A DNA stretch of 64,000 nucleotides from a bacterium (GTDB lineage Bacteria > UBA8248). The notes beneath the pieces were generated by a model, which was not told the DNA's origin, searched no databases, and was given only the letters and a program-made list of their open reading frames with translations. Made by a program: the position numbers and the translations under genes. Location of the stretch: NCBI GenBank assembly GCA_965200245.1, contig CBDATS010000015.1, positions 1-64,000 on the forward strand, read 5' to 3'. Each line of letters starts with the position of its first letter. The first letter of the stretch is position 1. This document shows positions 30,133 to 40,312 of this stretch, piece after piece.

Positions 30133-30823
30133 ATGACCGACTTGCTCCACCATTCCTGGGATATCGCTCCTGCCGAAGCCGTCCGAATCCAGAAAGCGCT
30201 CAGGGAACGTCTCATCCTCCAGCCGCTCACGGATACGCCTCGGACGATTGCGGGTGCGGACATCTCATCCGAATGGCGCGGCCGCTTCGGGGTCGGCGGC
30301 ATGATTGTTTTCTACTGGCCGGAGATGCGGGTCATCGACGAATCTTTCCATAGTGGGGAATTGCACTTCCCCTATGTGCCCGGGCTTCTGTCTTTTCGGG
30401 AAGGGTTCTTGCTCGAAAAAGCCTTCCTGGGTTTGAGGGAAAAGCCCGATCTCATCATCTTTGACGGGCAGGGCACGGCCCATCCCAGGGGGTTCGGTAT
30501 CGCCTCTCACCTGGGATTGCGCCTGGGCGTTCCTTCCATCGGGTGTGCCAAGAACTGGCTGTTTGGCGACGCAGCCGGGTCGCCCGGAGATGAGAAGGGA
30601 GATTGGCGATATCTGCATTCACCAAGTGGGCGGGTTGATAGGTGCGGTCCTCAGGACGAGAAAGGGCGTGAAACCCGTTTGCGTCTCTCCCGGCCATTTC
30701 ATCGACATTGAGGGCGCGGTTCACTGGGTGCTTGCGACCATCACGAGGTATCGACTGCCGGAGGTGATACGCGCCGCACACAGGCGCGTCAACGAAGAGC
30801 GGACAAGGCGAACAAAGGCATAA
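30133..30823 (+). pseudogene. nfi: Endonuclease V with a frameshift near 30630
   Basis: IAGADIS, FPYVPGLLSFRE, DGQGTAHPRGFGIASHLG, IGCAK in one frame; GAVLRTRKGVKPVCVSPGH and YRLPE in another. Confidence 0.9.
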
Positions 30824-30862
30824 AAAGGGGTCCCGGCCGGGATGCTTCTATGGCGTGGAAAT

Positions 30863-33796
30863 TCAGGACTGACCCGGAAGTAGCTCTTCAGCAGGTTTCT
30901 CGGCTTGAGGCGTATCTTCCCTGGCGGTGGGTTCGCCGCCGGGTTTCAGGAAATTTGTCTCGATCATCAGGTAATCGCGAATCACGCGGATTTGCCTGTA
31001 GCCATCACCCTCGAGGAGTTCCTCGTCGATGGGCTCCCCATGGCTCTCCAGAGTCCCCTTGCCGATGGTTTTGCCGAGGTCGATGGGTGAGGAAATGGTG
31101 ACCTTCTTCTCGTCGATCCCCGTCACCTTTACGCGTTGCGTAATGCCGTCCATACGCAGGGTGGCGAATTGTTCTTCCGGTAACTCGACTTCCCTGGTAG
31201 CCTCAAGCTCATAGATGAACTGGTCGTCTTCCTTCTCGCCCTGAGCACCCTTGACGATTTCTGCCTCCGAACCCGCACCCTCAAAGAAGTTGGGCATCTT
31301 GGTTCCTGGCTGGATCCTGCCCGGATATATCAGCCAGTCGACTATCCAGTCGGGGCGCAGGCGGTTTTTGGAGAAGAGCAGGTCCGGTGCCGTCGGGGGT
31401 TCCTGCCCGGGTGGGGGTGGCCATTCTCCGTGACATGCCAGGCATTCGGCCTTGGTGAAGAGTTCTTTGCCGATCTTCAGGTTTTCCGCGCTCACGCTCG
31501 TGGCGTCGAAGTGGATGTAGGGGTTCAGTTTCGAATCCAGTGCGGCGAAGTAATCCACGAGGACAGCGGCGTCTTCCCTGGGCATCTGGAAACTCGGCAT
31601 CCGCACCTTGAGCCACGGCCTCAGCGTCACGACGTTGCGCAGGAAGCCGAAGAACCAGTCGGGCTGTACTTTTCTTCCTTCTCCGTTCAGCAAGGGTGGG
31701 CCGTTTGTCTTGTCCTCATAACGCCTGAGGAGGTCGCCGCCCCAGTTCTCGATGACGTGGCAGCCGTTGCAGTTGTATTTCTCGATCATCCGGCGTCCGT
31801 TTTCGATTCTTCGGGCGCGGGTGTCGAGCACCTGGTGGACGCTGTGCGGCGCACCGTGCGGCGTCATGGAGCGCAACAGGGTGCGAATAGAGGTGACCTC
31901 TGCATCCGAAAATTCAAAGTTCGGCATGAGAAGCGTCTCGCGCTCGGTTTGGTAGAGTTGCGGATTCTTGAGCTTGCCGAACGTCCACGCTTCCCATGTA
32001 TGGGGCATGTCCGCGACGTTGCCGAAGGAAAGCTCAAAGGATTTTTTGGTGGCGAAGCGCGTCAGGTCCGGTCCGATTTTGGAGAGCTTCTCGGTGCCGG
32101 GAATAACATGGCAGCCGAAACAACCACGCGTCGCCACGAGTTTCTTGCCCCGTTCATAAGAGGCGTCATCACCGAGTTTGCGGGGTTTGGGCCGATTTGC
32201 TTTGGGTGTGAGACTGATGAGATAGGCAGTGGTCGCGCTCGCTTCTTCATCCGTGAGACGCAGGCTCGGCATCTTGGTGTCGTGCCAGTACGCCTTGGGG
32301 TTCTTGAGCCAGCGGAACAGCCAGTCCGGCTGGATTTTGGCCCCGATATTCTGGAGAGCCGGTGCGAAATCCCGGTTTCTGTAGACGATGGGTCTACCGT
32401 CCACGCCCTCGAGCGGTGGTCCGAGGTCCAGGTCCTTTTCATTGCGAATGTGACAACCCAGACACCCCACTTCCTCGAAAGTGGTTTTTCCTTTCTGAAT
32501 CAGGGCAGCGTCGTCCATATTCGGGAGTGCGGCTGATTCCACCTTGCGCGGGCCTTGCCGCCAGACATACGTGGCGATGTCGATCGCTTCCTGATCGGTG
32601 AAGCTGAAATACGGCATGAGGGTGCGCGGGTTGTAATCTTTCGGTTTCTTGATCCACGAGACGAGCCAGGCGGGTTCCACCTTCTCCTGGATTCTCGAGA
32701 GATCCGGCCCCGTCTTGCGCAGGCCTTCCGTGCCGGGAAGGGTGTGGCATCCGTTGCAGCCCAGTTCCCGGGTGAGCGAAATGCCACGCGAGATTTGCGG
32801 AGCCTCCGGGATATTGAATATCTCGGTGTGACAGCTTCTGCACTTGGTCTGCGTTTCGCTGCCGTGCAGGAGAGGGTCTTCCCAGAATTGCACGTGGCCG
32901 TGGGCAGTATTGAGGCTGGTGACAGCCGTTCCCTGACCGCCATGGCAAAGAGTGCAGCCGACCTTGTTGAACTCGTGTTTCGAGAGATAAAGACGCCTGT
33001 TGGGGTGCGTGCGGAATGGTTGGGGGGCATCCTCGAAGCCCGCCCTGTTGATGCCAAGGTGACAAGTCTGGCACCGTTCCACCTTCATCACAGGCTCGTT
33101 GAAGTTGTTGCGTTCGTATTCGCGAAGGACGAGCTGCTTGATTTCGTAGGGGCGGGCGGCGATGCCCTCGAGCCGACGTTCCTGGAAGGAAATGTCGCTC
33201 GCCGCTTTCCGGCGATTTGTCTGGAGCGTCTTTAATGCTTTTTCTTTCGCCTCGATTTTCGCCTTTATGGCGTCTCTGGCGGCTTCGGCTTTCGCCGCGA
33301 CAGGTGTTATCTCGTCAAGCAGGGCTTTGGCATCGTCGACTTCTTTCTGCTCGGCTTCCTTGTTATGCCCTTGCCGGATGGCTTCCTGGAGATAGAAGTA
33401 GGACTGATCGAAAAGCGCTTTTCGAAAACCCAGTTCCTGTACCTTCTCGAAGGCGTCGAGTTCGCTCTTTGTGAGTTCTTCCCTGAGTTTTTTGAGTTCT
33501 TCGTCGTCCGAGAGTTTTTGTTCTTGCTCGGCGATTTTCTTGTCGAGTTCAGCGACCGTGGGGCCTGTGGTTTTCTGGAGTTTGGTAAGTTCTTTTTCTA
33601 CCTGCGCTTTCTCGTATGCGTTGAACTTCTTCTGGTATTGTTTCCAGGGTCTGCGCGTGAACGATTCGTCCCATACGGTCCAAAATGTCACCGCCACCAT
33701 GAAGAGCCCCAGGATGAAAAACAGAATCGGACTTGTTTTCTCTTCCGGAGGCTTGAAGTCTCTGCCTTGCATCTCGAAAAAACGCTCCCCCACCAA
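30863..33796 (-). CDS. Membrane-anchored multiheme cytochrome c (8 CxxCH) with long coiled coil
   Basis: CQTCH, CTLCH, CRSCH, CNGCH, CLGCH, CFGCH, CNGCH, CLACH; repeated GPDL...W...P...MP class I-like domains; N-terminal TM followed by RPWKQYQ. Confidence 0.93.
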   Translation of the reverse strand: MVGERFFEMQGRDFKPPEEKTSPILFFILGLFMVAVTFWTVWDESFTRRPWKQYQKKFNAYEKAQVEKELTKLQKTTGPTVAELDKKIAEQEQKLSDDEELKKLREELTKSELDAFEKVQELGFRKALFDQSYFYLQEAIRQGHNKEAEQKEVDDAKALLDEITPVAAKAEAARDAIKAKIEAKEKALKTLQTNRRKAASDISFQERRLEGIAARPYEIKQLVLREYERNNFNEPVMKVERCQTCHLGINRAGFEDAPQPFRTHPNRRLYLSKHEFNKVGCTLCHGGQGTAVTSLNTAHGHVQFWEDPLLHGSETQTKCRSCHTEIFNIPEAPQISRGISLTRELGCNGCHTLPGTEGLRKTGPDLSRIQEKVEPAWLVSWIKKPKDYNPRTLMPYFSFTDQEAIDIATYVWRQGPRKVESAALPNMDDAALIQKGKTTFEEVGCLGCHIRNEKDLDLGPPLEGVDGRPIVYRNRDFAPALQNIGAKIQPDWLFRWLKNPKAYWHDTKMPSLRLTDEEASATTAYLISLTPKANRPKPRKLGDDASYERGKKLVATRGCFGCHVIPGTEKLSKIGPDLTRFATKKSFELSFGNVADMPHTWEAWTFGKLKNPQLYQTERETLLMPNFEFSDAEVTSIRTLLRSMTPHGAPHSVHQVLDTRARRIENGRRMIEKYNCNGCHVIENWGGDLLRRYEDKTNGPPLLNGEGRKVQPDWFFGFLRNVVTLRPWLKVRMPSFQMPREDAAVLVDYFAALDSKLNPYIHFDATSVSAENLKIGKELFTKAECLACHGEWPPPPGQEPPTAPDLLFSKNRLRPDWIVDWLIYPGRIQPGTKMPNFFEGAGSEAEIVKGAQGEKEDDQFIYELEATREVELPEEQFATLRMDGITQRVKVTGIDEKKVTISSPIDLGKTIGKGTLESHGEPIDEELLEGDGYRQIRVIRDYLMIETNFLKPGGEPTAREDTPQAEKPAEELLPGQS

Positions 33797-33992
33797 CGTG
33801 CCGAGCGGAAATCGCGGGTTTCCACGCTGAAATCCGGCTGATTATAGGGAGGGGCAGGGCGGGCGTCAACCGCAGAACGGATAGTTTTGGCCAGGGGATA
33901 TCCGGCCTGAATACACAGAGAAAAGGCCGAAAACACGAGGCGGATCACAGGAACCGGCGAGCCTTAGTCTCCCGTAACGACCCTGTCTCAGG

Positions 33993-36900
33993 CTATTCGT
34001 TTTGGCTGCGGATGATGCCCGCGAGTTGGCCGATGATGGCGATGGAGATGGTGGGATGTTCGTGGATCAACTGCAAAAGGGGCTCTTTTTCAATGCCCAG
34101 CAGGGAAGTATCCTCGCTCGCGCGTGCGCCCGCGCTTCTGCCCTCATCACCGAAGAGCGCGACTTCACCGAAAGAAGCCGGTGGGCCGAGTGTGGCGAGA
34201 ACCCTGGATTCCCCGTTTTCCTGGTTCAGGATGATCTCGATTTCTCCCTCGACGATGACGTAGAGATAATCACAGGGATCTCCTTGCTCAAACAAAACGG
34301 TTCCCGCCTGAATCGGGATTTCTCTGGAAATGTTGCTCAGTATTTTCAACTGCTCCGCGCTCATCGTCTCGAACATGTTGACGCCTTTCAGGAAGAGGGC
34401 CTTTTCGATGGTCGAGAGCATGATTTTCTCCTGTCTGGACGGATTCTCGCCGACTCCCTCGAATCGGAGCAGTTCGCGGCGTACCTGAAGACGAACCAGC
34501 TGACTCTCGTCATTCTCCAGGGTTCTCAGGAATCCCGTGACGCTGTCATTATCTTTGCCGAAGATCTTCAGCGCGGCAACCGCCGCTTCACGTATGAACG
34601 GATTGCTCCCCGTTGCCCGCACCTCGAATTGCCCACGCCAATCAGCGTTTGCTCCAACCGCTTCGCTTTGGAGATGCTTGCCGACAGCATCGACCGCGAT
34701 GGCCTGGAGCCAGGTGTTTTCTGAATTCATGTATGTCCTGAGCACCTCTTCAATCGATATTTCGGGGATATCCCAGAGTTTCCTGCCTTCTGAAACCTTA
34801 TCGGCGGTCGATCGGCCCAGCAGCAGAGGTTCGAGAGCCAGAATCAGGAGTCTCGTGTTCCCCGTCGAGGAGAAGTTCGAGAGCGTCTCGATGGCGAGTG
34901 CCCTGGAAGATGAACCTCCCCGGGCGAGGGACTCCGACACGGTGTCCACTGTTTTCTCATCCCCAATCACACCCAACAATTCCAGCAGGACGATTTGCCT
35001 TTCCTCGACAAAATCCTCGAGCGCTTTTCTGAGCATCGTGAAATCGGGAGCGTTCTTCCGTTGTTCGATGACGTGGAGGTGGTTGATGACTTCGTAAACT
35101 TCCTTCACGTGCTTCGCGGCGAACTCGGAGAGGGAATCGACGACTTCCTGCTCGCTCATTTCCCGGGAGCCGTTTGGGGCGCCTTTGAACAGAAACGGGA
35201 TGATGAAAGAACCCAGCCCCGAACCTTCCAGAGTGAGGGTTCCTTTTCGTTTCATGTTCTTGAGCGAATCAATGGCTTGCGCTCTCACGAGGGAATCAAC
35301 GTCCGAAAGGGCGGTCAGGGCGCGTTCAAAATTCTCGCGCACGCCTCTGTTGCCCAGTTGGCGGACGCCCCTGCGCCTTATGGCCGCGCTCTCGTCCGAG
35401 GTGGTCACCTGCATGACTTCCTGCATGTGCACCTCATCCACTTCCTGGTTCATGGCGAGAATTTCTATTGCCTCCAGGGCGGCTTCGCGGACTTTCTCTT
35501 CTTCCTGGTAGAGATAGGGGATCAGGCGTCTGATGAAGCGCGGGTTCTCGAGTTCCCCCATGCAGCGGAGGGCGCAGACCCTGGCCTCCGCGTCTTCTTC
35601 GTTCAGCATCTGGTGGAGCGTTTGCAACCCGTTGGCGAGCCAGAACAGATCGTCTGAGCGTACGAGTAGGCCGACGGCGGCGGTCTTGACTTCCGGTGAG
35701 GCGCTTTCCAGGTTTTCATGCACCAGTTCCGCTATCTCTTCTGTGAGGCCGACTGTTTCCACCGCATCCATGGCGGCGCACTGGAGAAGTGGGTCATCGC
35801 ATGTGAGGTATTCCTGAAGGAGGGGCCGCATTCTCGCGTCTTCTTCGGCTCCGGGAATCCTGGCGAGGATTTTCAGTAATTCGGCTGCCGCCCGGCTTTT
35901 CCGCCGGGGGATTTCTTCGAGAATGATCGGAAAAGCCTCGCTCCCGGAACCGTCGGCCATTATCTGCGCTGTGAAGACGCATAGGTCGTCATCCCCCTCG
36001 CGAATGTTTTTTCTCAAGATCGCCATGCTGTCGCCGTCAATCGGGCCGAAGCCCTCCTTGGCGTAGCGAAAGAGTCCCAGGTTCCTCTCCTCGAGCATCC
36101 TGCGCAGCGCAGCGCCGTATTCGTGGCGCACGAAAAAGCCCGTTCCCAGATAGGCGAACGCGATGAACAGGGAGATGAGAGCCACCCAGCCGCTGCTGAG
36201 CGGGAAGAGTGCGAGTCCTGTCGGTTTGATGATGAGAAGTGCGACGCCGCTCACGATGCTGGCAACGGCTACTACCTGGCCTGCAACGAACGCGCCCACA
36301 CGACCGCGAATCGAGGGGGAGACGGCGTTGTAGAGCAGGGCATTGATGGCGTTTCGAATGGACTCCTGCAGGTTCTTGTTGTTGAAGCGCAGGAAAACGG
36401 CGGAATGGAAGCCAGGAGATACCGCCATGCCGGCGAGGCCAATGATGGTCGTGAGCGGATAAAGGAGGTTTGCCGTGCCCAGTCCGAGACGCTTTATGAT
36501 GCGCGGGGTGATGAACGTCTGGACGAGCAGCGAGATGGCACTCCCGATGGCGGTGAAGTATCCGAGGAACGAGGCGAGCTGCGCGCGATCAGGGAAGACT
36601 TCCCGAAAGACGAGGCTGTATTGGAAATCTTGAAAGCTTCTGAGGATCACCACGAGAAAACTGAAAAGCGCGAACGCGCAGACGTATTTGTTCGTCCGCA
36701 TCAGGGCAAGGTTGCCGCTTTTTGAGGCTGGCCTGGACGTTTTTCGCTTTTTGGGGGCCGCGTCGTCGATGAGGTGGTCCCTGAGCCGCCATTCGGTATA
36801 TTGCACCACCCCTATACTGACGACGATGGCTCCCATCCAGACATAGAGCAGGTTCGAGACGCTACCCAGAACGGGAATGAGCAGTGGTATGGCCAAACCG

Positions 36901-37391
36901 CCCAGAATGCCTCCGTAGCGTCCTCCCGTCAGAATAATCGGAACGAGTCGCTTGGATTGCAGGACATCCAGGTACTGGCCGTAAAGGGCGCGGAAATTGT
37001 TCGGCACCATGTTCGTGAATATTACGAACAGCGTGTGGAGTAGGGGGAATGCGACAGGCATGGCGTAGGCGCGCATGTCGGCGAAGATGAGTAGCTTGAT
37101 ACCCAGAATGAGAGCGATGAAAAAGATCAGGACGGCCTTGAACATCGCAGGAATCGAAAGTTTTTCGGTCAGGGAGGAGTAGAACGTGCTGATGAAGATG
37201 ATCATCAAGGCGTTGAATATGTACATGTACGGGAGAAAACCCGGCCCGACTTCAGAGAGGAAAAGCGCTTCAGATACGGTGAGTCCTATCGAGAACTGAA
37301 TCCCGATGAGTAAGTAGAAAGAAAAAAACACGGAGAAGACGAGCAACTCCTCTTTCTGGATATTGAAGGCTTTTTTGAGGAGTTTCGCCAT
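33993..37391 (-). CDS. Npt/TLC-like MFS transporter fused to HEAT repeats and a cNMP-binding domain
   Basis: About 12 N-terminal TMs (ALFLSEVG, QSKRLVP, IIKRLG), HEAT-like repeats, LFEQGD...FGEVAL...RSAGARA. Confidence 0.85.
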   Translation of the reverse strand: MAKLLKKAFNIQKEELLVFSVFFSFYLLIGIQFSIGLTVSEALFLSEVGPGFLPYMYIFNALMIIFISTFYSSLTEKLSIPAMFKAVLIFFIALILGIKLLIFADMRAYAMPVAFPLLHTLFVIFTNMVPNNFRALYGQYLDVLQSKRLVPIILTGGRYGGILGGLAIPLLIPVLGSVSNLLYVWMGAIVVSIGVVQYTEWRLRDHLIDDAAPKKRKTSRPASKSGNLALMRTNKYVCAFALFSFLVVILRSFQDFQYSLVFREVFPDRAQLASFLGYFTAIGSAISLLVQTFITPRIIKRLGLGTANLLYPLTTIIGLAGMAVSPGFHSAVFLRFNNKNLQESIRNAINALLYNAVSPSIRGRVGAFVAGQVVAVASIVSGVALLIIKPTGLALFPLSSGWVALISLFIAFAYLGTGFFVRHEYGAALRRMLEERNLGLFRYAKEGFGPIDGDSMAILRKNIREGDDDLCVFTAQIMADGSGSEAFPIILEEIPRRKSRAAAELLKILARIPGAEEDARMRPLLQEYLTCDDPLLQCAAMDAVETVGLTEEIAELVHENLESASPEVKTAAVGLLVRSDDLFWLANGLQTLHQMLNEEDAEARVCALRCMGELENPRFIRRLIPYLYQEEEKVREAALEAIEILAMNQEVDEVHMQEVMQVTTSDESAAIRRRGVRQLGNRGVRENFERALTALSDVDSLVRAQAIDSLKNMKRKGTLTLEGSGLGSFIIPFLFKGAPNGSREMSEQEVVDSLSEFAAKHVKEVYEVINHLHVIEQRKNAPDFTMLRKALEDFVEERQIVLLELLGVIGDEKTVDTVSESLARGGSSSRALAIETLSNFSSTGNTRLLILALEPLLLGRSTADKVSEGRKLWDIPEISIEEVLRTYMNSENTWLQAIAVDAVGKHLQSEAVGANADWRGQFEVRATGSNPFIREAAVAALKIFGKDNDSVTGFLRTLENDESQLVRLQVRRELLRFEGVGENPSRQEKIMLSTIEKALFLKGVNMFETMSAEQLKILSNISREIPIQAGTVLFEQGDPCDYLYVIVEGEIEIILNQENGESRVLATLGPPASFGEVALFGDEGRSAGARASEDTSLLGIEKEPLLQLIHEHPTISIAIIGQLAGIIRSQNE

Positions 37392-37396
37392 GGTGA

Positions 37397-39106
37397 TCAC
37401 TTCTGGAGTGGTGGATGTGGTCCTTTCGTGTGCATTTCGCACCCCGGCTTCCCTGGAGCGGAAGCGGGCGTGAACCGACTCATTCTAGACCAGGTTTTTT
37501 GAGTTTTCCATGAGTAGAAAGACAGGGAGTCCTCGGTCCATTGTGCGGAATTCCGGCTGAACCTGTCCCAGCGGCTGTTCGCGCAGAGGCCGCGAACCGG
37601 GTCTGCGTTGCCCTCGGCGATCAGGCCGTTTAGCGGCGACAGGTCGAATTCGGCCCGAGTCGGCACTCTGCCGCGTTCCTCGGTGGAGAGGAGGGACAGA
37701 AAACGCGCGAACGCATCGAAAGCGCCGCGAATCTTCTCGTGCAATCGTTTCTCGCCTCCCGCATAGGCGACCAGGGATGGTGTCAAGGGTGCGTAGCGGT
37801 TCAACTCCATCCCCCCCTCCGTTCGGTTCGTGATGCTGTCGACGCCGACGACTCCGATGGAATCATCCGAAAATTCCACCGGGAACAACCTGGCGTAAAC
37901 TGTCTCCACGACTGGACCCTCGCGACCGAGTCTCAGATGAACGCGGACACCGAACAGGCCGAAATCGATCCAGTTGCATACGAGCGGCTGGTAGCGGACG
38001 TTGAACACTTGCTCGTAGTTTTCAATGGCGTTTGCCAGCAGTCGAACCGTATCCTCACGTGTACGGGACGATTCACGCAGTTCGGATTCCAGTCTGGGCG
38101 TGCAGTTCTCGATCATCTGACGCAAAACACCCGGGGAAGCGCCCCCTTCCACCTTGCGAGTCTTGATGTAGGCCTTGGAAGTCGCCGGGCTGGCCAGGAA
38201 GCGATGAACGAGCCAGTCCATCGCCTGGATGTGCTCGTCTTTTTCCGGGTCGATGGACAGGGGCAGGGGAATCGCGTTGTCCATGGCGACCCCGAGCCTG
38301 CTCAAGTCCGGAAGACCGAACCCGTTGGAGTAGATGTCCAGACGGAAGCAACCGCGTCCCCCGCCGCCTTCCTGTGGTTTAACGAAGAAAGTCCGCGCTC
38401 CCCATTTCCTGGACAGAGTGGAAGCGCAATCCAGAATATCTGCCGCTGTGTCTGCAGGTTTTCCGCCGTCTATTTCCACTGCCTGATAATCAGCCGTCAG
38501 ACGATGTACACGCGCATCCGTTTCGGAGTGTTTCCCGTCTGCGCCGTTTCCATTCAGGAGTTCATATGTGGTTCTTTTGTTGGAAAGCGGCCCGCCAGGA
38601 GCGGTGAGAGGGCCCGGCACCACGACAATGCCCCGTTCCTCCAGTACCTTGGCGAGGTTTGCGTCGTAGAGGCTTCTTTGGGCGGTCTGGCTGATAACGA
38701 GCAGTTCTTCGGGCGCCTGTGCGGCGCGGGCCAGGAGTTCTTCCCGCCGGTTCAGAACCCTGACGGGTATGGACAGGCCCATTTGGTTCAAGTGCGCCTG
38801 CACCACCCGCGCCGTCTCCATGGTGAGGGGCAGCCGGCTCGGGGAGCCGTCCAGCAGGAGGATTTCTTTCGGCAGCCGATCAGGTTGCGAGCCGTCCAGG
38901 ATGCGCAATTCTGCGAATCGGGGCTCACGCGACGCCCATCGATTCAGGTTTTCGATAAGCGATTCGTTCAGATCGCCGTCAGACGAGTCGAACTCCCTGG
39001 CTACCCTGAGTAAATCCCAGGTGCCGCCACTCGCATCCGGAGTGAGATGATAAAGCGAAGGTTCCCGCTTGATGGGAGGATGACTCGGCATTTTCTGTGA
39101 GGCCAA
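37397..39106 (-). CDS. Hypothetical ATP-grasp-like protein
   Basis: SNKRTTYELL, FFVKPQEGGGGRGC Lys/Gly loop, EFDL...AEGNA late motif. Confidence 0.55.
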   Translation of the reverse strand: MASQKMPSHPPIKREPSLYHLTPDASGGTWDLLRVAREFDSSDGDLNESLIENLNRWASREPRFAELRILDGSQPDRLPKEILLLDGSPSRLPLTMETARVVQAHLNQMGLSIPVRVLNRREELLARAAQAPEELLVISQTAQRSLYDANLAKVLEERGIVVVPGPLTAPGGPLSNKRTTYELLNGNGADGKHSETDARVHRLTADYQAVEIDGGKPADTAADILDCASTLSRKWGARTFFVKPQEGGGGRGCFRLDIYSNGFGLPDLSRLGVAMDNAIPLPLSIDPEKDEHIQAMDWLVHRFLASPATSKAYIKTRKVEGGASPGVLRQMIENCTPRLESELRESSRTREDTVRLLANAIENYEQVFNVRYQPLVCNWIDFGLFGVRVHLRLGREGPVVETVYARLFPVEFSDDSIGVVGVDSITNRTEGGMELNRYAPLTPSLVAYAGGEKRLHEKIRGAFDAFARFLSLLSTEERGRVPTRAEFDLSPLNGLIAEGNADPVRGLCANSRWDRFSRNSAQWTEDSLSFYSWKTQKTWSRMSRFTPASAPGKPGCEMHTKGPHPPLQK

Positions 39107-39129
39107 GGTTCTGTTCTCGATACCGATAC

Positions 39130-40299
39130 CTAGACCAGCGACTTGCGCTGGCGCATGAAATGCTTGACTACCCAGTCCGCGATGGCGCCGCCCACCGTGC
39201 TCTCGCCAGCAATTGAGGAGGGGTTCGAAGCCACGCAGCTCAAGGCGTGTACCCCTGTCATCCGGTACGCCTCCTCGCGCGCGTGTGCCTGGTTTGCGAG
39301 CTTTCCTGAAATGAGCATGTTCTCTTCCTCTACCTCCAGATGACTTCTGATCCAGTGAACGACAAGCGTTGATTCCAGCGTATCACATGCGCAGATTATC
39401 AGCCCTCTGCGCGCGAGCCAGTTCTTGAACCAGGGGTCGCTGGCCACTTCGAGACTGGAGTCGCATGACGGAGAATCTGCCAGCTCCGCGATGACGATCT
39501 CTCCGTGCGCGCAGGCGTGGCGGAGCAGATTCCGGGCGCAACGCCTTACCTGGCTTGCGGGTACCCCGCTGGTCGTTGCGAGGCCCGCGTCGACGAAATC
39601 CCACCCCATCCTCGCGGAATCGAAAAAACCGAGCGGTCTCCCATAATTCACTTGCATGAGGTCCCGCATGCGCCCTGTGCCCGTCAGTTTTGCGTATGTG
39701 GCATGAATGCCAGAGGAGTGGAGGGCGGAGGCCAGCGATGAGGCGCAGGTCGTCTTGCCTACATCCATCTCGGAGCCTGTGACCAGGACGATGGGGGTGC
39801 AGGGGATTCCTTCCTCGTCTACAGCACAACGGGTATCAGGAATGACTGGCAGATGAGACAGCCGGGCGGGTTCGCCTTGCAGCGCAACGCCCCCTTTCAC
39901 CTGAATTTTCACGCATTGCGTTTTCGGATTGGAGCGGATACCGCAGACGCCACCGACGTTCAAAAGGTCGAGCACGACTCCAGGCTCTGCAGGAGGTTCC
40001 GGCTTGTGGCCCGAAACGCTGCGATTCGCGTACCGACCGCCGATCGCAACGAGCACAGTCATTCTTTCGCGCAACCTCTCCTCGTTTGTCTTCCAGGCGT
40101 CTTCCGCTCCCTGGAGGATCTCAAGTGCCTCAAGATGATCGATGGGGGCATTCACGGGCACGGCGACGACTTCGCCCAGCATGATTCCGTTCGCGGGAAC
40201 GGGCCCGGGAGCGGGCGTGAAATCCGTCTGAAATGTATAAGGACTATCAGGGGAGAGGAACAATCCCCGGACGATGGATGCGCAAAAATCGATTTTCAA
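39130..40299 (-). CDS. DUF1611-like P-loop protein
   Basis: GGRYA, DLLNVGGVCG, VLVTGSEMDVGKTT (Walker A-like), AKLTGTGRMRD, DFVDAGLATT, ELAD, ISGKL. Confidence 0.75.
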   Translation of the reverse strand: MKIDFCASIVRGLFLSPDSPYTFQTDFTPAPGPVPANGIMLGEVVAVPVNAPIDHLEALEILQGAEDAWKTNEERLRERMTVLVAIGGRYANRSVSGHKPEPPAEPGVVLDLLNVGGVCGIRSNPKTQCVKIQVKGGVALQGEPARLSHLPVIPDTRCAVDEEGIPCTPIVLVTGSEMDVGKTTCASSLASALHSSGIHATYAKLTGTGRMRDLMQVNYGRPLGFFDSARMGWDFVDAGLATTSGVPASQVRRCARNLLRHACAHGEIVIAELADSPSCDSSLEVASDPWFKNWLARRGLIICACDTLESTLVVHWIRSHLEVEEENMLISGKLANQAHAREEAYRMTGVHALSCVASNPSSIAGESTVGGAIADWVVKHFMRQRKSLV

Positions 40300-40312
40300 T
40301 TTTCACCGTGTC

